Virus record (IMG/VR): IMGVR_UViG_3300025872_000001
Length of the DNA: 64,000 nt
Reading direction: 5' to 3' (one strand)
Origin: a virus
Shown: positions 58,301 to 64,000 of the stretch, piece by piece
How positions within the stretch are numbered: position 1 is the first letter of the stretch
How the letters are laid out: every line of letters starts with the position of its first letter
Program-made: the position numbers and the translations under genes
The notes under the pieces: generated by a model
Database searches by the model: none
Seen by the model: only the letters and a program-made list of their open reading frames with translations
What the model was told of the DNA's origin: nothing

Positions 58301-58975
58301 ATTCGCTCTGCGCAAGAGCAAGGATTAAATATTATTGCAGAGAGGGAAAAGTATAGAACAGAGCAAAGAAAAGCGTTTCAACAACAATTAGTCGGAACAA
58401 TAGCGTCGGCGGCGTTAAGTTATGGAACAAGTAAATTTCTCTCTCCGAAAATTCCATCCAGCTATGGACCGAGATCAGATTTAAATCTTGGTTTATATAA
58501 AAATACTGCAAATATAACTAGTGGTCCAATGGCATTTGGACCATTTACTGGTTCAATGACAAGAGTCCCATTCAAGGCTTACGGTGGTCTTATGCGCCGT
58601 TATGCAGCTGGTGGTCCAACTGATGATATTCCTGCATTGTTAATGAGCGGTGAATACATAATGAATCGCGGGGCAACGTCAAAGTATGGCAAAAGGATGC
58701 TTGAAGCTATGAATCAAGGTCGTATGTCGAGATTTGCGGATGGCGGCGAGGTTGGCTCTGTTTCCGAAAATACATCAACTGATAATGGCGCAAAGATGAT
58801 GGGCGACGTTAATATTAGCATTAACGTAACTGGCCAAGGAACGCAGACAGAGGCTCAGGGCAATACAAACCAAGGCGGTATAGATTATAAGAAAATGTCT
58901 GAAAGGATCAAGGCTGTAGTGCTAGAAACCATAAACGAAGAAAAGCGTTTAGGAGGAGCACTCAGAAGTAGATAA
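52349..58975 (+). CDS. tape measure protein (TP901-type core) with inserted domains, 2208 aa
   Basis: EFSRQG, LANGLARAG, GNALKTIFTRI core; coiled coils; two DDxPALLMxGExxM and FADGG C-terminal motifs. Confidence 0.9.
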   Translation: MAKGISLPVVQSGLEASIQQGVKSVGTIKIPANIDPSAFKNLAQPLGRVSGLATEFEKSIAASNARVLAFGASVGIINGVQNAFSDLLKTGIEVQKTLADISAISGRSGQELSKFGDELFNIGKLTGQSFKTAAQAALEFSRQGLSVEDTLKRTTDALTLTRFTSLNAAEAVDVLTAAANSFGETGITTAQIINKLVAVDTKFAVSAEDLANGLARAGSIAQEVGVNFDELNAAITVAQERTARGGAVIGNALKTIFTRIRSDETVQALRDIGIESLNAQGQLKGAVPLLQELAQKLQGLAGGERIQILEAVASKYNINILSALLDDLNNANSKFTQAVAISAGASNQAYERQIELNKTLAAEINRASVSVTQLFNKLSEIGVTDNLATLLKFVSDLINGFNKLVDSEGLGGNIAKGLVKGISDVFFTIGLPIIGAIFIKLTRDIAKFGVDSLKTILGINQQLKERQALEQAVVNTLIRDQQIMATILSLSGDRRKQEEYLLNVYNRQLTALQQVQNIAKSVAPALLAGGLSATSGRIQKRGASGYLPAQEAADVRRGVGGASSSSKVVSIPNFAFGGGKKGTMIANTSEYIVPNFANGGSAIFNQDMVRKYGLPSGAKKISASGGFIPNFARYVYDADRISADGNAILKSILSSKVKKNLIVGPSGAGKSTYGSGLGSFITSAADVSKASEIDILSGAARTKTGGMSKNLQQILDAVNVSGGKVSYLYTPNMNVLSRRTERIGANPMEGDLRTSKQISGTMFAPLNQFDFISKIKGTSRNFEMMRGASGYIPNFATNYNLGYVWKGQGAPNIGGKIVDTSNKTESGETLLVGNQLRMFKKDGRDLTPEEIIKLGWRQAKDEELKYFNTQKASRKKASSIGRAAMLIPSGVDEPSAFAEPQIPENKEYSSVSFPVYNLKESKLKSLKGQTASIPGYIDELQKNTENIGKILTAKLIGSTNIDDNVYKQAWKASYGAQSAVNSLSGGLFEAGVRYLTHPEGTMAKDNSNSLDFPNLSSPSGKIVRDLFSINKEYAADLKGSDSGSIRRKFASQVLKNGLAAARGYVPNFVDDMALGDAIDRELSAGLRPSQIRVTQDTKLRNAQNPNGLAVINTRDEPNGKIPSDAKIPNFAKTRKKTKKVLDKGENEFEVSSGKLGAAFAALILASNTLQSSFRNADGTISKFGEVLTTVSRVGTGASGGALLGSLGKDTFGPLLGKLGRVGAGFAKGLPFAGAVAGGILEYVQMRNEEKAAAEQTRQSEIQKSVQNKINVIQSKSLNTTEAAQEINKEREETDKKRADTEQKILLAQKRLRQFSQKINPITGKLSEEDQQEEERISESLNGLLEYRNRLIDESKFLVEGYISTMNEGLLISNRESLNARTQNAELEKRIPLEKAAADIIFKSLQAESAASIKFKKISAEKIFNASLLSEEEQKQVEYGIKKEDIENQIKNLQSEGFRSIVSQVKNNNKLASLDEDKLKSLMERLDAGKQIEDTDKALKELGFDTLAAFKSMVAPIMEQNREKKLGLETSASELEISERLESKLRLQVSIIKLRTEALQSSLQIEEEIADLIERNAQNLEDTKSRTALTDIERKIARQPFATREDEYNLGLVNAQLERTNQQLQVQRTLTQTSKGAFRDLRKSFEGEVGKIGALGEGFTNPILQNVLNTKDAEDATENYKNFSNILDELKKKRNALSEQRDQLEIDQNFGLGDPKKLSIFDNQILDIDSRIKNLQENLAKFNISLQDANLLAEEQKKQFRDIYTYQLQLLKLRKESPFKAGILEATNEIKQEVEFFNQKLGKDITLGFRDGIVGALDAAISGTENLNTALQDVARNFLRSMQSAFIQNAANNAMVGLSSAFPSIFPKIATGAKGGLVSGGSGYRDDVPALLMDGEFVMRKSAVEKYGIENLRKMNAGGIFLPGVRGGGNITGYDQLRAFANQTTTSGATDVLRGSGSSAFINLEDQSARLSRFGLLNEDTINQEIRSAQEQGLNIIAEREKYRTEQRKAFQQQLVGTIASAALSYGTSKFLSPKIPSSYGPRSDLNLGLYKNTANITSGPMAFGPFTGSMTRVPFKAYGGLMRRYAAGGPTDDIPALLMSGEYIMNRGATSKYGKRMLEAMNQGRMSRFADGGEVGSVSENTSTDNGAKMMGDVNISINVTGQGTQTEAQGNTNQGGIDYKKMSERIKAVVLETINEEKRLGGALRSR

Positions 58976-59754
58976 TGGCAAAGTTATCAACAGCAAATTA
59001 TGATGCAGAGGTTTACCTCAGTGGCTATAAAGTATTTGGAGTCACTGATGTAAATTTTGGATATTCTTTACCAATAGAACATCTTAATGTTTTGGGGTAT
59101 AACAAGTTTAGAACATTTACTTCTGGCCCACCGCAATCTTCATTTAGTATTCAAAAGTATTTATCTCCAAATGATTTCATTCTTGGTTTTACTGGCACAA
59201 CTGCAATAAGCGGCGGTTTGCTTTATGATTCGGCAAGTAAAAGTTTTGGTTTCACTTCTGGTTATTTAAATTCATATTCTGTTTCATGTGCAGTTGGCAA
59301 CTTTCCAAGTTTAAGCGCAGATTTTTCAGTATACGGAAATATTGGCAATGGTTTAATATCTTCTTCGGCTAGTCAAACAGGATCACTAACGGTTGTCAGG
59401 CCCAAGGATATTTTAATTCAATGCGATGGTAGTGGGACAAATAGAATAGAGTCTTTTACATATAACGTCGAATGTTCAAGACAAGCGCTTTATCATCCGA
59501 CAGGAAGTTCTCCAACGGAAGTTATAACGTTTAGGCCATATAGAGTAACAGCGCAGTTTTCTTTGGCGGTAGATGACTATCAGTCAAAAAAGCTTTTTGA
59601 TTATATTATTGATTCAAATAAAAGAAATATTAGTATAACAATAGGCTCTTTAGCTGCATTCACAATGTCAAACATGGAACTTATAGGAGAAACTATAAAT
59701 TCATCAGCAACTGATGACGCTATGATAACCCTTAATTATCAAGGATTTTTATAA
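58975..59754 (+). CDS. tail-tube-like minor tail protein
   Basis: Shares YSVSCAVGNFPSLS with YSLEASVGNLPTVS of 47189. Confidence 0.6.
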   Translation: MAKLSTANYDAEVYLSGYKVFGVTDVNFGYSLPIEHLNVLGYNKFRTFTSGPPQSSFSIQKYLSPNDFILGFTGTTAISGGLLYDSASKSFGFTSGYLNSYSVSCAVGNFPSLSADFSVYGNIGNGLISSSASQTGSLTVVRPKDILIQCDGSGTNRIESFTYNVECSRQALYHPTGSSPTEVITFRPYRVTAQFSLAVDDYQSKKLFDYIIDSNKRNISITIGSLAAFTMSNMELIGETINSSATDDAMITLNYQGFL

Positions 59755-60686
59755 TGTCATTCTTTTACGACAGAGACCAAAATGTCACAGGAACGATTTC
59801 ATCGTCGTTCACATTTACTCCTTCGTATGGGATGCAGGTTTCATTTACTTCTGAATTAGCAGACTATGGAACAATAGATAATTATATTCATACTATGCCA
59901 AAAGGCTTGAACCATTTACAAATGCAAATTTCAATGCCGTTTGAAAATCGCAAGGAAGAACAAGCGAGACAAATCATAAGTTTTTTTGAAGGTCTTCACG
60001 GCACAGGTCATTTTGAATACACTGATGCCGCACAAATATATAAACCAATTAGATTGTTTGTTAATTCAATAGATGATTCGTTTAACGAAAATGATCTTCA
60101 TAATATTAATGTAACTTTAAGCACAGATCAAACTTCAACTTTATTAAATTGGAACAATGCCTATATAACTGGTAGTAACATAAAAGGAGATTGGGCAGCA
60201 AATACTAGTTATTCTAAATACGATGTCGTAAGAAATGTTGCTGGGAATAGTGCTAATTTATATGATTCTTTTTATTATTGCACAGGAGATCATGCTGGGG
60301 TAGCTGCAATTGGAAATGGGAAGTGGACAAGAGAACTTGATTTCCAGCCAACGTATTCTTCGCAGGTTGCAAAAGAAACATCTGTAATCAAAACTGAATT
60401 ACCGTATTCATTTACAAAACGAACAGACTTCGGATTACACTCTAATACCATTAAACAATTCAAACTTGATTATAGAGGCGTCAGTGATGCTGAAGCTAGG
60501 TGTATTTTACATTTCTTAATAGGAAGACAAGGGTACAGAAAGTTTCAATATAAAATACCAAAGATATATAATCAGAATAAATACTTTTTTGCCCCACAAT
60601 GGGAACACACATTTGTTTACAAAAATGTAAATGATATTTCAGTAACTCTAGTTGAAGACCCATTGGGCGCAAGGAGGATCTACTAA
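59754..60686 (+). CDS. distal tail protein with two lambda gpM-like domains and a CBM-like linker
   Basis: FTPSYG...GLN...ARQIISFF..G and FQPTYS...GLH...ARCILHFL..QG; WAANTSYSKYDVV. Confidence 0.6.
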   Translation: MSFFYDRDQNVTGTISSSFTFTPSYGMQVSFTSELADYGTIDNYIHTMPKGLNHLQMQISMPFENRKEEQARQIISFFEGLHGTGHFEYTDAAQIYKPIRLFVNSIDDSFNENDLHNINVTLSTDQTSTLLNWNNAYITGSNIKGDWAANTSYSKYDVVRNVAGNSANLYDSFYYCTGDHAGVAAIGNGKWTRELDFQPTYSSQVAKETSVIKTELPYSFTKRTDFGLHSNTIKQFKLDYRGVSDAEARCILHFLIGRQGYRKFQYKIPKIYNQNKYFFAPQWEHTFVYKNVNDISVTLVEDPLGARRIY

Positions 60687-61849
60687 TGCCTAGAAAATGG
60701 ATATCATACGAAATGCTTTCGATGTTTGTCGGAAGCGGAGACGCTTTCAGCGAAGTTAAGAATACGGGGTCTTATATTTCAAGATTGGACTTTATACAAA
60801 ACTATGCCTTTTCGTTTGATGTTCAGCGCCAAGCCTTAAAGCAAATCGGATCTTTTGATTTTGCTTCAAACTCAACTCAGCTTGCGCCAGATGTTAATTT
60901 GCGCCTTTCTTATTATTTAAATGATGGTTGGAACGAAGACTTTTTAGGCTTTAATATAAATTCGGGATCATATAGCAATTTTATTGGTTCGGAAATTTTT
61001 GACGCCACAAATGATAGGAATTTTTATGTAGCAATAGCTAATGATCAATACTCTGACGCTTCTGCCGCCACATCATTAAATAATTTTAATATTCTTGGGA
61101 TTGGTAATACCTATATAAATTCATATAACATATCTGTTTCAGTAGGGCAGCTTGCTACTGTATCTTGTGATTTTGTTGGCGCTAATGCGACTATATCTAC
61201 CTATTCCGCTAATAATTACATGCCATCTGTTGATACAGATAATACTGGTCAAACTGCATCTGGTGCAAATAAAAAATATGGGATAGAAATTTTAGATTCG
61301 TCAAGGGCTGATAGGTATATGACTGGATTTAAAAATCAATTTAATGGAGGCTGTCCATTTGGTAAGGTTTCGGTAACAACCTCAGAAGTTTACGGATCAG
61401 ATTCTATAAAGTTTGGTGAGTTATTTAATAATATCCAATCTTTAAATTTTAATTTAAATTTTGAAAGAAAAGCTTTGTATGGCTTTGGCAATAACCATCC
61501 ATTTGCTAGAAAATTACAAAGACCAATAGGTGGCTCTATATCCTTTGAAACTATTGTGGATAGTCTTGAGGCAGAGAATCTAGCTGAAACTTTTGCCAAA
61601 GAAGACGTTTCAATAAGTGGACTTAATTTTAATATTATATTTAAAAATCAATCTGATGTTGAGAAATTTGGTCTAGGAATTTCTGGAGCAAGATTAGATT
61701 CTTATGAGATAGGCGCTCAAATTGGTGGCCAGTCTGCGATATCAACAAATTGGTCTTTTTATGTAAAAGATGGCTCTGAAGTTAGGGTCTCTGGTTCCCG
61801 CCCAAATAAGTCATTTAGCGCGGTTTATGTGAATGAATCTATAACTTAA
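60686..61849 (+). CDS. tail-tube-like minor tail protein
   Basis: Aligns along its length with 47189 (IQNYAFSFDVQRQ, RNFYV, IGNTYINSYNISVSVG). Confidence 0.65.
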   Translation: MPRKWISYEMLSMFVGSGDAFSEVKNTGSYISRLDFIQNYAFSFDVQRQALKQIGSFDFASNSTQLAPDVNLRLSYYLNDGWNEDFLGFNINSGSYSNFIGSEIFDATNDRNFYVAIANDQYSDASAATSLNNFNILGIGNTYINSYNISVSVGQLATVSCDFVGANATISTYSANNYMPSVDTDNTGQTASGANKKYGIEILDSSRADRYMTGFKNQFNGGCPFGKVSVTTSEVYGSDSIKFGELFNNIQSLNFNLNFERKALYGFGNNHPFARKLQRPIGGSISFETIVDSLEAENLAETFAKEDVSISGLNFNIIFKNQSDVEKFGLGISGARLDSYEIGAQIGGQSAISTNWSFYVKDGSEVRVSGSRPNKSFSAVYVNESIT

Positions 61850-61863
61850 CTGTAAATATTTAT

Positions 61864-63747
61864 ATGGCAACAAGAGCAGGAAGCAATACAGTTGGTGATC
61901 TAGAAGAGGCAAAATTATTACAGGCAGAAGATCAATTTGTATTTTTACAAAATACAACAAAGAAACCCAAAAGAATTTCAAGAAAGAATTTCTTTAATAC
62001 TCCTGGCTTAATTGTAAAAGGTAAAATTTTAGATCCAGAAGGTAATGATGTTGGTTTGGCTGCTGCGGCAGCTGCAAATGATGCCGCTACTGCTTTAGTC
62101 ACAGCGCAGGGCGCTCAAGATACTGCTGACGGTAAAAATAGAATTTTTTATTCAGATGATCCTCCATCAAATCCAACTGGGACTTATAATTTAAAGGAAA
62201 ATGATATTTGGTATGACACCAATAATGGTTATAAAATGTCCAAATGGACAGGATCGGCATGGCAAGCATATCAATTAGATGATCCAGCTTTAGCTGGATT
62301 AAATGTTGGAAAATTAACCGCAGGATTTATAAGTTCTCAGGTTATTTCTATCTTAGGAAATACCCCAAACAGTACACAGCCCGCACAATGTTCTGGGTTT
62401 ATAGAATCAAGTAACTTTGTTCCAACTTGGGTTTCTGGTGTGATGACAGTAAGGGCTTACAATGCAAGCGCTCCGTATGGTTGGCTGGGTAAAGAAAGTG
62501 CAAGTGACGTTGTTCAAGTAAAAGTTCTTCAGTCAGATGGAAGTTATAAATTATTTAGGTCCAAAACAAATCAAGGAGCAAACGCAACAGGCGCGCCACC
62601 AAGTTCTGGTAGTAACACTTATTGGGACGAAATAACTGGAAATGATATACCAACAATTGAATTAAAAATAAGCGATTCAATAACTAAAACTGTTCAAAAT
62701 TTTGGTTTTAGAATTGTTGCTAATGGTTACGGAGAATTTGGAGGAGCTTTATTTAGAGGAGCAATTATAGCAAATGAAGGTTATTTTGGAGATAAAGTAA
62801 ATGCAGTAAGAGTTGACGACGACGGTTTGACAATGGGAAATTACGGCAGAATAAAATCTGCTGGTATAGGATACAATGGCACTGATTTTACAAGTTCAAG
62901 TGCATCTGGAGGATTTTTTCTAGGTAATACTCAGGCAGAAAATCAAGAAGAATTATATCAATTTTTTATTGGGGCGCCGTCTGGAAACTTTTTAAGATGG
63001 AATGGAACTGATTTAATTATTAACGGTAAAGTAGGAATACCAAGTACAGGAAATGTAGATACAGATGCTGGATTAGAAATTACTAGTGGATTTGGTATAA
63101 GAAGAACGAGCAAAGATAAAGTACTAACAATAACTGGTGGCAATGGTAATGGTATTACATATGGTGCGCAAATAGATTTATGCGGAACAGAATTTATGGG
63201 TGCAAGTGGATTAGCAGAGGGACAATTAATTTTATCCGCTGGATATGATAGTACTCTTGCTTCTCCAGATCCATCTAGGGATGGATGCATTATATTTAGA
63301 ACATCCAGAGAATCTAATGCTAATATCGGCGTCCAAAGATTAAGAATTGATCTAGATGGAACTGTAAGAGTTGTTGACGCTGGTAACGCAAATGCAGGTG
63401 CGCCTGATGATGGCGCTGGTAATTTAGTAGTTGATAATAGTGTTACCGCTGGAACTTACACATCAACTTCTTCAAGGCGTTTTAAGAAAAAGATAAGAAA
63501 CTTTAAAAACGGTTTAGAAACCATTTCTAAACTCAGGCCAGTCATCTTTGATTGGAAGAATAAAGAAATTAAAAATGATATTGGTTTAATCGCTGAAGAA
63601 GTTAATGAAGTTATTCCTAACCTTGTTGGATTAAATAATAAAGGTGAAGTTGTTGGAATTGATTATGGAAAATTAACCCCAATCTTAATTCAAGCTGTAA
63701 AGGAGTTATCGCTTGAAGTTGAGAGATTAAAAAATAAAATAAAATAA
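61864..63747 (+). CDS. tail fibre/spike with S74 chaperone
   Basis: ADGKNRIFY...DIWYDT; SSRRFKKKI...GLIAEEV...DYGKLTPILIQAVKEL. Confidence 0.8.
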   Translation: MATRAGSNTVGDLEEAKLLQAEDQFVFLQNTTKKPKRISRKNFFNTPGLIVKGKILDPEGNDVGLAAAAAANDAATALVTAQGAQDTADGKNRIFYSDDPPSNPTGTYNLKENDIWYDTNNGYKMSKWTGSAWQAYQLDDPALAGLNVGKLTAGFISSQVISILGNTPNSTQPAQCSGFIESSNFVPTWVSGVMTVRAYNASAPYGWLGKESASDVVQVKVLQSDGSYKLFRSKTNQGANATGAPPSSGSNTYWDEITGNDIPTIELKISDSITKTVQNFGFRIVANGYGEFGGALFRGAIIANEGYFGDKVNAVRVDDDGLTMGNYGRIKSAGIGYNGTDFTSSSASGGFFLGNTQAENQEELYQFFIGAPSGNFLRWNGTDLIINGKVGIPSTGNVDTDAGLEITSGFGIRRTSKDKVLTITGGNGNGITYGAQIDLCGTEFMGASGLAEGQLILSAGYDSTLASPDPSRDGCIIFRTSRESNANIGVQRLRIDLDGTVRVVDAGNANAGAPDDGAGNLVVDNSVTAGTYTSTSSRRFKKKIRNFKNGLETISKLRPVIFDWKNKEIKNDIGLIAEEVNEVIPNLVGLNNKGEVVGIDYGKLTPILIQAVKELSLEVERLKNKIK

Positions 63748-63751
63748 TATA

Positions 63752-64000
63752 ATGCCACACCCGATTACAAATATTTTAGTTAATGGCCCAGGTGGCAAAG
63801 ACGTAGAGGGTAATTCGTTTACTGGGCCAACAGATTTAGGCGATATATTTGTTGCTATAGGAGATACAAGTTTTACTGGTTATACGGGATACACTGGTTA
63901 TACGGGATACACTGGTTATACGGGATACACTGGTTATACGGGATACACTGGTTATACGGGATACACTGGTTATACGGGATACACTGGTTATACGGGATAC
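63752..64000 (+). CDS. collagen-like (TGY)n protein, truncated by window end
   Basis: Hand translation MPHPITNILVNGPGGKD...SFTGYTGYTGY. Confidence 0.7.
   Translation, partial: MPHPITNILVNGPGGKDVEGNSFTGPTDLGDIFVAIGDTSFTGYTGYTGYTGYTGYTGYTGYTGYTGYTGYTGYTGYTGYTGY
63875..64000 (+). repeat. perfect 18-bp tandem repeat ACTGGTTATACGGGATAC x7
   Basis: Read directly; runs off the window. Confidence 0.97.

Noticed and set aside
1-64000. Alternative genetic code, tRNA/rRNA genes, tail sheath, integrase
   Set aside because: The standard code gives dense, long ORFs using all three stops. No such genes were recognised by eye; tRNAscan-SE and HMM searches were not run.

Overview
The window is part of a large tailed dsDNA phage genome, probably with a long non-contractile tail (no sheath gene seen). 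The host cannot be assigned from sequence alone. There are three zones. (1) About 243-8100 is a visibly GC-richer 'early/host-takeover'-type island of short genes: DUF932, a bL12-CTD-like protein, a YubB/DUF1281-like protein, a SleB-type hydrolase and a GP88-like protein. The genes sit in small cassettes separated by a recurring multi-part intergenic module. The module comprises nine copies of the 15-bp palindrome CCGGGCCWGGCCCGG, arrays of parS half-sites (GTGGAACA) plus one near-full parS, TATATA(G) arrays, an orphan CTTGAC and phased T-tracts. Cassettes are driven by sigma70-like promoters with an invariant 16-bp spacer that start almost exactly at the ATG (leaderless). (2) About 8260-17900 holds AT-rich accessory and regulatory genes: glycosyltransferase, HAD/NIF phosphatase, metallophosphoesterase, PhoH, a sigma-like factor with a Cys-rich insert, and a zinc-finger/ERCC4 nuclease. 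(3) About 17800-64000 is the morphogenesis module: TerL, portal, protease/scaffold, decoration protein, MCP, two ~2200-aa fibres, LamG lectins, a Gly-rich adhesin, three of four tail-tube paralogues (the fourth is at 12903), and a tape measure protein carrying enzyme-like inserts between IPNF motifs. It also has a duplicated gpM-like protein, an S74 fibre and a truncated collagen-like gene. A [G/C/A]TGTAA[A/C] motif precedes many of these genes and is a candidate late promoter. The best candidates for undescribed biology are the repeat-delimited cassette array and the cargo-bearing tape measure protein. All family assignments are from motif recognition by eye, not database searches.
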